Positions 9,897 through 20,100 of a DNA stretch of 42,784 nucleotides are shown in pieces. Positions within the stretch are counted from its first letter, which is position 1. Each line of letters opens with the position of its first letter. The notes below the pieces were generated by a model. It saw nothing but the letters and a program-made list of their open reading frames with translations, had not been told where the DNA came from and made no database searches. Source of the DNA: Candidatus Hodarchaeota archaeon (lineage in GTDB: Archaea > Asgardarchaeota > Heimdallarchaeia > Hodarchaeales > Hodarchaeaceae); contig JAEOTQ010000068.1 of NCBI GenBank assembly GCA_016839785.1, positions 1-42,784 on the forward strand. Reading direction: 5' to 3'. The position numbers were made by a program, and so were the translations under genes.

Positions 9897-9917
9897 TACA
9901 AATTTTGGATATTTAAG
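9897..9917 (+). promoter_or_regulatory. Conserved 21-bp upstream motif, copy 3
   Basis: TACAAATTTTGGATATTTAAG, 19/21 identical to copy 2. Confidence 0.6.
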
Positions 9918-9966
9918 TCTCATTTACCTATACTAGATGAATACAATCAGAATAGGTGAATCATGA

Positions 9967-10194
9967 GTGACAAGTCAACCATTAATCCAACTAAAAAGCT
10001 TGCCCTTTCTCGATGAAATTTTTGTAAATAGTCCGTTATGCCAAATATGTGAGTTTGCAAACTGGGGAATGGGAGGAGTCTGTTCATTGTTGTTGAATAG
10101 ACGTATACCTTCAGTATTAGTTGTAAAAAGTTCACAAGTGATCTCCTGTAGTGCTCATCGGAATTGGGTTGAAAATTTAGAAGGACAGGATTAA
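9967..10194 (+). CDS. Small Cys-rich hypothetical protein
   Basis: AGGTGA ribosome site 7 nt before GTG; CQIC..C..C pattern; ends 17 nt before the Hef-like gene. Confidence 0.6.
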   Translation: MTSQPLIQLKSLPFLDEIFVNSPLCQICEFANWGMGGVCSLLLNRRIPSVLVVKSSQVISCSAHRNWVENLEGQD

Positions 10195-10211
10195 TCGAAA
10201 AAGAATCTTCT

Positions 10212-11642
10212 TTGTTGGTAATTTGGATAGAATTAGATGTGAGTGTAGCAAAAATCAGTAAAAATCAGTCTCATAAGCTGAAATTCACCCCCGCTCTGGA
10301 TGAACAGATATTACTCGCTAAAATTCAGAAACAAAAATGTCTAATTCAATATCGTATCGAGGAAAGGTTGTATCGGATCCTGTCATTACTAATCAGTCTG
10401 TATATATCCGCAGAAAAATCACAGAAAACAATACCGAGAGTCCTTATCCTTACAAAACGACAAAACCAGGATATCATTAAAACAGGAGTACAAGATAACT
10501 TAAATCAAATTGTAACCATTCATAATGGCCAAATACTACCCCAAGCGCGGAAAATGGATTATAATCGTTTTAGTATTGTAATTTCAACTCCAAAAACGGT
10601 GAAAAATGACTATAAGCAGGAATTTTTCGTAAAGGATCACTTTTCATTGATAATAATTGATTATGCGGAGATGGGGGTGTCCTCATCTTCATTGAGATAT
10701 ATAATCAATAATTTAGAGCCCAATCAAGTAGTCGGGTTGACGAGAGAGAAAAATGTGATAAAATTGGAACAAGCTTGTATAAACTTGGAGCTATTGGAAA
10801 TCATCAAAATAGACGGAAAAATAGGGAAAGAAAGATCCAATATTCAACATTATTCACTTCCTCTACCTAAAGAATATTTTTTTGTACTAGATATTCTTAA
10901 TCAACTGAAAAAGAATAGATTAGTCCAACTTGAAAGTTTAGGATTTGGAGTGTCTATGAAAAGCACTCCTCAAGAGATTGCGGCAATTCATACGAGTTTA
11001 TTGAATGAAAACAATGGGAAAATTTTAGTGAAAACAGCAAATTTGCAACGAATCATGGCAATGCAACGGATAGTAGTTTCTCAAGGTTTTCCTGCGCTAA
11101 TCTCATTTCTTGATGATTTACTTCTTCGCCTTAGCGAGGATCAGCCGTTTGTTGGGAGAAAAGCATTGGTTCAGTTCTTAGGAAATCCTATCATCAAGAA
11201 GCTCTACGAATATATTCTCTTATTTTCTGACCTAGAACACCCAAAAATGAAACAGGTCCTGAAACTTGTAAATGATTATGAGTCTGCAGTTTCCATAGTT
11301 ACTAATAATCGCTACAATGCAACTTTCATTGAAGAAAACCTGAAGAAAAACGGGATATCTACAATATGTATTGCACAACCAGTCTCATCGCTTAAACGAA
11401 TCCAGCTTCAAAAGAAGTTATTTGCTTTTGGGAGCAAAGTGCATGTTTGTATTACAAACACAGCAAATGACCTCATAGCCAATTTAGCTAGCATCATTAT
11501 TGCATACGACGTCAATGCAGATGTTGTTGAGAAATTGAATAGTATTACAGTCCCTATTCCTAAGGTATTTTTAATTACTAAACAAACAAATGAGGAAGCA
11601 CGATTTTTCCATTTAAAGAATTTAGGGAGGGGAATCAGATAG
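10212..11642 (+). CDS. Hef/FANCM/XPF-like SF2 helicase module, apparently inactivated, with no nuclease domain
   Basis: Family landmarks RVLILT, IVISTPKTVKND, FSLIIIDYAE, VVGLT, EHPKM and LITKQTNEE are present; Walker A GKT and motif VI are absent. Confidence 0.7.
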   Translation: MLVIWIELDVSVAKISKNQSHKLKFTPALDEQILLAKIQKQKCLIQYRIEERLYRILSLLISLYISAEKSQKTIPRVLILTKRQNQDIIKTGVQDNLNQIVTIHNGQILPQARKMDYNRFSIVISTPKTVKNDYKQEFFVKDHFSLIIIDYAEMGVSSSSLRYIINNLEPNQVVGLTREKNVIKLEQACINLELLEIIKIDGKIGKERSNIQHYSLPLPKEYFFVLDILNQLKKNRLVQLESLGFGVSMKSTPQEIAAIHTSLLNENNGKILVKTANLQRIMAMQRIVVSQGFPALISFLDDLLLRLSEDQPFVGRKALVQFLGNPIIKKLYEYILLFSDLEHPKMKQVLKLVNDYESAVSIVTNNRYNATFIEENLKKNGISTICIAQPVSSLKRIQLQKKLFAFGSKVHVCITNTANDLIANLASIIIAYDVNADVVEKLNSITVPIPKVFLITKQTNEEARFFHLKNLGRGIR

Positions 11643-13376
11643 GAATTTTCTCTTCATCTTAGCATAGAAAGTATCATATGTGGTATAACATTGATTGAGA
11701 TCACGAAAAATATTTTGTCTGGGTAACATTGTTCGAAGAGTGGCTGCACGATAATCCAAGATTAAACTTGCAGCAAAATCTGTTTCTGATCGAATTCCTC
11801 TCCCTATCGCTTGTGTTATGACTCGTGTTACTGGCAAAAGGGTGAGATGATCTGCCATCTTTCTCCCCCACTTTCTTGCATAAAGGTATTTAATAAGTTG
11901 ATTTGTTGCGTCCGGTCGTGTGTAGGGTACACCAGCGATAATAATGAGAGTTAACAGACTACGTTTTGTTTGTGGATGAAGGATTTCGATACCTTCAGAT
12001 AACTTTCCACCTAGGACACCAAAAATCACTTCATGGGTTTTTCTGTGCAGATCATCAATAAAAATTGGTCTCTCACCTGACTGTTCAACATAAACGTTAG
12101 GAATGGTCATATGTACAAGAATTTGTTGTTTGAGTTCATGTGAAGGTGTGAAAACTATGGTATGAAAGGGGTTACTCTTATGCATTCGTTGAATGACCGT
12201 TGCCATAGCTTGAAAGGTTTGAGAAGTTCTTTCTCTAAATTTCGTTGTGAATCGTCTGTGATATAGAATACCATTGAGACTAAATTGAAAATCCGAGGGA
12301 ATATGCAATCCAGGAAAATTTAACCCATACAAAGTCTTATAGGAGGATACAGGTTGGAAGGTTCCCGACATCAGAAGGATGTTCTGAAAATTGTTATCCA
12401 CATATTTAAAAGTAGTTTGAGGGAACGGATTAAGTTGTATCAATTTTTCTGGTTCTGAAATCCAGATTTCTCCTCTGCTGTTTAAAAAATCTTTAATTGT
12501 AAGGAGATTATTTTGCTCCCACAAGGATAATTTGGTTTGATGATCAAGAAATGCATCTATCGCGTCTGATGTTAAATTTTGGGGACGGTCCACTCTCCCA
12601 TGTCGATTTTGAATTAATTCTTGTAGATTGTCAAATACTTTTAACGGAATAACGTTTTTTGCTTTATGGATATCATTTAAAGATATTTCTGACTCGATTT
12701 CTGCTGAAAAATTATGGCCCTCATCAATAATGCAGATTTTGTGTGGATAGGTACTTTTTTGAAGGAGGGTAGAAAGCATACTCTGCAGATTCTTGCTTCT
12801 TAGATATGTATGTGTAGTAACAATGATATTTGCGTAAGGAATGCAGCGTTTAATGATATAATATGGACACCCAAATTCCTGGAGTGTATCCTTGAAATTT
12901 TCAATCTTATTTTCCCCTTCATGAGTTGTTATGGGAACCTGTTCTACAATAGCTGGAAAATCTTCTTCAGGGATAGAACGGGCTTTTTCTAAGTGCGGAC
13001 ATCGCAGCTTCCCACATATACCCTGATAGAAAAAAGGGATATCATTTCGGATACACAAATCTGACTTCAGAATTAACGGAAGAGCAGTTAAATATCCATA
13101 TCTATTAGTATTCGCTATTTTACGGATTTCATTGAGAAACACATGGAAAATTTGAGCTTTAGTCCGTACGAAAATATAAAGCTGGTACTGTCGTGTTTTT
13201 ACTAGTGGTAAAGTACTTATTAGTGCCATTACCGTTTTTCCAAACCCAACTGGAGCATGGATAATTGCCCGTGGGTGTCGTTCGACAAATCTGAGAAATC
13301 TTGCTTGATATGCACGTAGTTCTTCATGTGGAAAAAGTTCTATTTCGGGAGGGAGGTTTATTTCCAAAGGTAGCAA
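11622..13376 (-). CDS. xpd: XPD/Rad3/DinG family Fe-S DNA helicase
   Basis: RAYQ Q-motif, APVGFGKT, four Cys (DLC, GIC, RCP, GCPYY), DEGHN, MSGT, GKLSEGI, QAIGRGIR. Confidence 0.88.
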   Translation of the reverse strand: MLPLEINLPPEIELFPHEELRAYQARFLRFVERHPRAIIHAPVGFGKTVMALISTLPLVKTRQYQLYIFVRTKAQIFHVFLNEIRKIANTNRYGYLTALPLILKSDLCIRNDIPFFYQGICGKLRCPHLEKARSIPEEDFPAIVEQVPITTHEGENKIENFKDTLQEFGCPYYIIKRCIPYANIIVTTHTYLRSKNLQSMLSTLLQKSTYPHKICIIDEGHNFSAEIESEISLNDIHKAKNVIPLKVFDNLQELIQNRHGRVDRPQNLTSDAIDAFLDHQTKLSLWEQNNLLTIKDFLNSRGEIWISEPEKLIQLNPFPQTTFKYVDNNFQNILLMSGTFQPVSSYKTLYGLNFPGLHIPSDFQFSLNGILYHRRFTTKFRERTSQTFQAMATVIQRMHKSNPFHTIVFTPSHELKQQILVHMTIPNVYVEQSGERPIFIDDLHRKTHEVIFGVLGGKLSEGIEILHPQTKRSLLTLIIIAGVPYTRPDATNQLIKYLYARKWGRKMADHLTLLPVTRVITQAIGRGIRSETDFAASLILDYRAATLRTMLPRQNIFRDLNQCYTTYDTFYAKMKRKFLSDSPP

Positions 13377-13379
13377 TCC

Positions 13380-15974
13380 TCAGTGTGATTCAAGTTCTTC
13401 TTGAAGCCTTTTTCCTTGTTTAAGCAGACTAAGGTGGATATCAAGAACTCCGATGTCAGGGTAAGTTTTCAACTCTAATGCCTTAGTGATGGATTGTAGT
13501 GCCACATATCTTTCGTTAGGCAAAAAATCATCAAGATTACTAGCAGTCACATCCGAAACACTAGGTAAAATTGGAGGTGAGTCTAATTTTGCATTTTTAG
13601 GCGCATTCTTTATGTTTCGAATATCCACCATTAATTCAGAACAAAGCTCATCAGCCAAAGAGAACAGCTGACGAAAGTCTTTTCCCTCAATTCCATCAAT
13701 CGCGAGCAAATCGGTATATTGGGCATATCGCTCCCACGGTATCGAATTGTTTCTTTGGTAGAGATGATGGAGAACTCCCCCAACCATATTTTTGATTTTA
13801 ACATTATCCTCACGACATTTCTGTACAGAAGCAGTTCTTTCAAAAAATCTCTCTGTATTTCTAATCTCCCATCGAGTTTGTTCAATTGTATTGGCATTTT
13901 TAGCCACTGGTAGATTTTCCAACATTGTCAAATGTAGATCGTAGAAGTCGGATCCTTTTACAGTAATATCCCATTGCCGTGCTGATCCAATTTCTACTTC
14001 TTTGAACAATCCATAGGATTTTAACCCATCTAGAAGCTTTTCTTGGGTACTATCAATATCCAATTCTTCGTGAAGTGCGTCTCTATATAACGTTTGATTC
14101 CTTAGAATTTTTAGGGTCTTCATTAACATTTTAAATTTTGTGGGACTTAATCCTAAAGTTTTCGATCCTCTTAATTGAGTTTCTTTGACCTTAATCGGAG
14201 CAAGATCAATTGGAACTTTTCCAGAATCCATTTTAAAATGATAGGCAGTACTTTGAGAAGTATCACCTCTGAATAATAAACCTTCACCCTCCCTAATTCC
14301 CATAATTTGGCGTTCGATGAATGAGGATTGCGTATACTCCCTAACTTTTAATTGGTGTTGGGTAATAACGATTTCCCGATCCGCCGTATTCACTAGTCGT
14401 AGGTAGATCTGATTCTTTATTTCTTCGAAAGAATTCACTTTCGTAGCTAATGCCTGGACACTTTGACTACCAAGAACAAGTACATTTTTTCGTGCAAGAG
14501 AATTACACGAGTCAATTAAAACTGTAGGAATTCCAGTTTGTCCTCTCCCATATGATGTTTTTCTGCTTAAAATTTCATCTGCATGAGGAAATATAATATA
14601 CCCGTTATAAGCTACATTAGATAAGAATTGAAGTAGAAATGCAACTACAGCTCGTTTAATCATAGGAGGTTGAGCTCCAAATTGAAAAATAGTAATTGAA
14701 TCATCTCGAAAAAGCATATTACTAAGATGTCCTGTAAAAGCTGGATAATTTACCTCATCAAATGATTTAAACTGATTTAAGATCCCATTTAAATGTTCAA
14801 TTGCCATCAAATCAGCAAAAACTCCATCCGTTGCCCCAATAGAGGGCTGTTCTACATCATCAGAAACCTCACCCAATGTCGTGACAACATCATTAAGAGT
14901 AAATGATGTTGAACCCGCTGCATTTCTAATTTGGGCTTCAAGAGGTATTGCAAATCGTGAAGTGAGATAATCAGAAGTTGATAATGAGCTTAAAAGAATA
15001 TTACTAACTAGATGAGCCTTCCAAGTATTTATAGCTTTAGATTCTTGTATTTTCCCACTCGGAGAGGAAGGTATAATGACATCACATAGATTAATAAACA
15101 TGTTTGTGCCCAATCGAAACAACTGAAGATTTATTCCCGTTTTAATAGATGAAAGTGATTGAAAATGGTGAATTAATCCATTAAATTCATTGTGAGTATC
15201 GATGACGAAAGTACCCTTATTTTTCGAATTGCTAAAGGAGAGAATCAAGTTCTGAAAAAGAGTGATTAATTCGTTTTTATCAGATCCACACACGAGAACG
15301 GATCCATTAGATAAAATAGGAAAGCCAACAGGTATTGAGACATTATCAATGCGATGACCAATCCTATGTGTTACAGGTAAATCAGGAACAGGGAAATCCT
15401 GAATAAAACGTGAAGGTACTCGTTCTAGGCTAAAGAATCTGTCAATCAACTTTGATGTGGATCCCGTTTGAGAGGGAAATATTGTGATTCCTTTTTTCGT
15501 CTTCTTTCCATGAAAATGGAGATCAAAAATCTGTTTTCCTTTAACAATCGTTACTTCGAATCCAGCTGCCTTGAGAATAGTATATGTAAGCGTACGTCGT
15601 TTAAGAAACTCATTTCTCACTTGGCGCACTATAGTAGGCAAAATTGACTCTGAGCGAATGTAAAAACGATAGTATACACGTACTATAAGGGAAAGCCCCG
15701 TATAGGAAGTTTCCCGCCTTGAATACGATTTTGAGTCTCGGGGAAGGGCAGTAAAAGCTTGTCGGAGAACTTGAACTCCAGGTTGACTCGTTACTCTGAA
15801 TAAGTTCTTAGAAGCGTTGTCTAAATCGTGGACTGGTTGAATTGCATAGTAGGAAACAAGAATTCCTATGGAAGCATACAGTTGTTCTGTTTCACTGGGC
15901 GAGTGGTCAATCTGAAGAAGAGTGGTATTATCCTCCAGAATTTTTGTTGCTAATTGTGTGGAAAGCGTTCCAAC
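13380..15974 (-). CDS. HerA/VirB4/FtsK-superfamily protein with degenerate Walker motifs and a C-terminal winged helix; reading frame open 111 codons upstream of the called TTG at 15641
   Basis: VIDTHNEF, LVLGSQS, NQIYLRLVNTAD and IREGEGLL match HerA landmarks; Walker A reads VLVCGSDKNE and Walker B reads YIIFPHAD; no in-frame stop between 15642 and 15974. Confidence 0.65.
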   Translation of the reverse strand, partial: VGTLSTQLATKILEDNTTLLQIDHSPSETEQLYASIGILVSYYAIQPVHDLDNASKNLFRVTSQPGVQVLRQAFTALPRDSKSYSRRETSYTGLSLIVRVYYRFYIRSESILPTIVRQVRNEFLKRRTLTYTILKAAGFEVTIVKGKQIFDLHFHGKKTKKGITIFPSQTGSTSKLIDRFFSLERVPSRFIQDFPVPDLPVTHRIGHRIDNVSIPVGFPILSNGSVLVCGSDKNELITLFQNLILSFSNSKNKGTFVIDTHNEFNGLIHHFQSLSSIKTGINLQLFRLGTNMFINLCDVIIPSSPSGKIQESKAINTWKAHLVSNILLSSLSTSDYLTSRFAIPLEAQIRNAAGSTSFTLNDVVTTLGEVSDDVEQPSIGATDGVFADLMAIEHLNGILNQFKSFDEVNYPAFTGHLSNMLFRDDSITIFQFGAQPPMIKRAVVAFLLQFLSNVAYNGYIIFPHADEILSRKTSYGRGQTGIPTVLIDSCNSLARKNVLVLGSQSVQALATKVNSFEEIKNQIYLRLVNTADREIVITQHQLKVREYTQSSFIERQIMGIREGEGLLFRGDTSQSTAYHFKMDSGKVPIDLAPIKVKETQLRGSKTLGLSPTKFKMLMKTLKILRNQTLYRDALHEELDIDSTQEKLLDGLKSYGLFKEVEIGSARQWDITVKGSDFYDLHLTMLENLPVAKNANTIEQTRWEIRNTERFFERTASVQKCREDNVKIKNMVGGVLHHLYQRNNSIPWERYAQYTDLLAIDGIEGKDFRQLFSLADELCSELMVDIRNIKNAPKNAKLDSPPILPSVSDVTASNLDDFLPNERYVALQSITKALELKTYPDIGVLDIHLSLLKQGKRLQEELESH

Positions 15975-15999
15975 TCAGCTCCAGAAAAAAAAGAGGGAG

Positions 16000-17016
16000 C
16001 TATTTCCCCGAATAGTCCCGGATTCCATCCGTATCGATAGAAAATTCGACTTTTCCATCAGGTAACTCTGGATTCTTGGTAAGAGTTGCAGTACGCTTTA
16101 CATCTTTTCCTTTACGAATCATGAGACGTGTAGTGACCGTGTGACCTACAACATTACCACCAATTGGTTTATTTGGATCTCCAAAGAACATAGCATCAGG
16201 TTTTGCCGAAACTTGGTTTGTTACCACCGCAACACAATTCATAATCTCTGATTGCTTTGCCATGAATGCCAAATATTTTCCAATAAGCTGTTGACGTTCA
16301 GCCAAGGTTGCTCTTCCAGCGAACTCTGAACGGAAATGTGCCATCAGGGAATCAACAATGATTAAACCTACATTGGGAACCATCGTTAAAGCCTCTTCTG
16401 TTAAAGCCATTTGATGTTCACTGTTGAATGCTCTTCCCACCGTTATCTGTGACAATATAGTATCAGGATCAAGATTAAGTGCTTTGGCCATTTGAGAAAT
16501 TCTTGTAAATCGGAAAGTTCCTTCAGTATCAATCCAAACTGCAGCTTTTCCATTTTTTACACAGTTTACCGCTAGTTGGTGCGAAATCTGTGTTTTACCA
16601 CAACCATTTTCACCAGCTATCTCAGTAATTGATCCAGTTTCGAATCCTCCTCCAAGTAGCTCATCGAATGCTTCAGAAGAGGTTGTTAAGTACTCACGTG
16701 TCTCACCTAGTTTCGCATAATGAGATCCAGGTTTTAATCCAAGATCAAATTGGGAACGAGCTTCTTGTATCAGTAAAGTTGCCGTTTTTTCAGCAATTCC
16801 TGATATTTCGGAGAGCTGTGATCGAGTAGCTAAGGCTATGGTCTCTTTAGAGCCAAAACCAGCTCCTTCTAGTCTTTTTCGTGTTGTTGGACCTATTCCT
16901 GAAATTGTATCGAGAAAGTTCGGCTCTTTTGTATCCTTTCCTCGGATTTTATTTCCTTTTTCGGGAATCGGGTCCTCAACAACAGTTTTTTCTTTTTTTG
17001 CTTCAGCTTTTGCCAT
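16000..17016 (-). CDS. radA: DNA repair and recombination protein RadA
   Basis: N-terminal HhH (ISGIGP), LLGGGFETG, GENGCGKTQ, WIDTEGTF, IIVDSLMAHFRSEF, LAERQQ, TNQV, PIGGNVVGH. Confidence 0.95.
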   Translation of the reverse strand: MAKAEAKKEKTVVEDPIPEKGNKIRGKDTKEPNFLDTISGIGPTTRKRLEGAGFGSKETIALATRSQLSEISGIAEKTATLLIQEARSQFDLGLKPGSHYAKLGETREYLTTSSEAFDELLGGGFETGSITEIAGENGCGKTQISHQLAVNCVKNGKAAVWIDTEGTFRFTRISQMAKALNLDPDTILSQITVGRAFNSEHQMALTEEALTMVPNVGLIIVDSLMAHFRSEFAGRATLAERQQLIGKYLAFMAKQSEIMNCVAVVTNQVSAKPDAMFFGDPNKPIGGNVVGHTVTTRLMIRKGKDVKRTATLTKNPELPDGKVEFSIDTDGIRDYSGK

Positions 17017-17063
17017 TAATATACACCGGATTTCGTTGTATTCAAAATGGAATATGTCTGAAA

Positions 17064-17084
17064 CTTAAATATCTGAAATCAAGA
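17064..17084 (-). promoter_or_regulatory. Conserved 21-bp upstream motif, copy 4 (before radA)
   Basis: Minus strand reads TCTTGATTTCAGATATTTAAG, ~48 nt before the radA ATG. Confidence 0.6.
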
Positions 17085-17169
17085 AAAATTGTTTATTTAT
17101 AAACTACTTATAAAGATCAGTTTCGAATATATAAGATGTAGATTCCCCTCATTACTGAGGGTCTTTCGA

Positions 17170-20100
17170 TTGTGGAAAAAAATTGAAACTGGATTAAGAA
17201 ATTCTTTATTATTTATTATACTTGGAATATTCGTTTTAGTAAATCTAGGTTTTACTCAAGTCATGGCTGCGGATCTAGAGACTTCGACAGCAGTATTAGC
17301 TGATAAAGGCAATGTGGGTTCAGGTGAGATAATTCACTTTTTAATGTGGACATACATGGGATTTGATTCTGTAGCATTTGGTCAAATCCGATTAACAGAC
17401 ACCTTTACAGGTGCATATATCACTACTACAATTACGAATGGCACCGCAACAGTCGATTGGCTTGTCCCTTCTCCCATTCAATCTGGTGAGCATATTTTTC
17501 TTGCAGAGTATCTGGGTTTTTCAGGCTATCTCCCTTCAAATGGATCTTGTGTTGTAATCTTTGAAGAGATTAGTCCAGGAAGTACTCGTTCCACCTCTTT
17601 GCTATTGGGCGTTAACTCTACAACCGTGTATAAGAATGCCTCAATTCATTTTACACTTACACTATTTATTCATTATAGGTGGTGGTTCCAGGGGGGATTC
17701 CTCACCGTAACTAATGTCAATCTGACTGGATCTCCAGTAATCTATACCTATGGACCGTTAGAAAACTATTATCCAGGAACGGATCCTGCAATCTTGACAC
17801 TTGAGTTTGATTATGAAATTCCTGTCTTTTCGGAAATTGGGGCTTCCCAATTTTATGCAAGTTATACTGGTAGTTCTCAGAGTCAAACAACTCCCTGTAG
17901 CTCAAATCTCGTTAATGTAACTGTTTTAAGTTCGGGTTACTGGCTAACTCAAGACATCAACGCAACAAAAGTTCAACGTACAGAAGAATCAGTGTTAATC
18001 AATACAACAATTCTTGGAGACAATCCTAGTGGATTAACGCTTTCCATTTTTTATAAAATTGACATAAAACAGATAATAATTGCAAAAAAAGTGGTAGTCG
18101 ATCGAAATATTCGTACTTTGTTTTTTCCTAACAGTTCACTACCTTTAGGAGACCTCATAATCTTTACTGAGCTAAGAAATGAAATTTCTGACGATTTGTA
18201 TGCTAATACTTCATCATCTACCACCATACAGGATCGTGCAAGGATTCAGTCTTATTTAAATTCCACATATTATAGGCAAAATGAAACAATTCTTCTTGAA
18301 GCCTACATTACACTAGAAGATATCCATACTGTTCCCGTGATATGTCAGGTTGAATTGAGAGATTTAACAGAAGGAAATATTTCATTAATGAATAAATCTA
18401 CTAACTCAAATGGATTTGTCTCATTTACTTATTCTTTAACAGAAGATAATACCGTTGGAAACCATGAATTCGTCATAGCGATATTCGATCTTGAACCAAA
18501 TATTCTCAAGGTTTCTACGAGTATTCTTGTTCCAATAAAAGGATTAATCGAATTTGATTTGACATACGAAAGTGGGGGAATCCTTCGAAACACGAATACT
18601 CAGATAGAAGTGACAGTATTATCCGGGGGAATAGTAATTAACGAAGGACTAGTCTCATTTATGTACAACAATTATACTATTATTGACACTCAAAGTTGCA
18701 TTGCAGGATTGGTCTTTAATTATTACATAAGTCATGATCATCCCTTAGGTGATACATATCTCCTTATCGCCTTTCATGATTAAGATAATTATGATGAAGA
18801 GATTACTACATTCAAAATTACTGTGCTTTCGGTTCCTCATTTTGATTCGCTTAATCAAAACTCAACAGAACTGAGTAAAGGACAATCAGGAAGGTTTTGG
18901 GGATATATCTTAGACGAGGATGGAGAGGCCGTAATTAATGAAGTTATTCACTTTACAGACACTACAATTGGGGAATATCTAGGGTTTGTGCTTTCTGATG
19001 CAGAAGGCCTGTTTTTCTACGATTATCTTGTTTCTGAAACCTCCCAAATAGGAGTACACATCATGCAATGTGATTATCAAGGAAATATCGGGGCTTTCTA
19101 TTTACCGACAGTCAACCCAAGAATTTTTTCGATAATTGTTCGTCCTGCTCTGTCACTAATGGTTGAGGAAGTACTACTCGCCAATCACTATTCTGTTCTA
19201 GAACTCAAAGGTGGGTTGAATGAAGACATATCTCTACATTGGCAACGAGATGGTTCAGCAGTTTGGGATTTCATTGCTGTTGTTTCCTTGAATGCTTCTG
19301 GAATTGGAAACTATAATTGGACAACACCTTACTATAAGGGTGGGTTATCTTTACGTGCTTCGAATTTGAATAATACGAGTTTTAAGTTTGATCATACGTT
19401 CATGTATAGTATTGCTAATATTGAAGTTATTGGGGATGGCATTGGGAATGTCAATAGTGATTATCATTTTACGATTAATTGTACAGAAATTTATCAGATT
19501 TGGATAGATGGTCTTTTATGGAAAGACTGGATTCCCTCAGGAAAGCATTCATACTTATACAGTTTCAGTAGTAGGGGAATAAGGGAGATTAGTATTATCA
19601 GTAATGATACATATGTCTTCTACAAGGTCTATCAGCATCAAGTTACTATATATGAGGATCTAATTGTTTCTGTCAGTGTTCCTCAAGAAGCTCTTGTAAA
19701 TTTGTCAATTAATATTGACGGTACTGTGATCGGAGAAGTATCAGGACCAATAACTGGGATAGATGCAATTCTCCAAATAAATGAGGTGGAAAGAGAGATT
19801 GATTCTACAAATGGTGCGGGAATGTTTGATTTTTTAATTTCATTCGACCATCCCGGAATCTATACAGTATCGGTAAAGGTGCCTTTACAAATTGAAGATT
19901 ACTATAATACCTCATTTAGTACTCAATTTTCTATTATAATCCATTCTCTTCCCTCTAATATCGAAATCATCTCCCCCACAAATAATTCTAGTTATGGAGC
20001 AATAATAGAACTTTCTTTTCATGGAGATGCTGAGAATTATTGGTATTTTATTGAACCTCTTGATCTTATGAACACTTCATGGGTTGATACGGTTTATCGT

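Noticed and set aside
18781-18783. Genetic-code reassignment or Sec/Pyl readthrough
   Set aside because: The codon is TAA, which terminates many other genes in this window.
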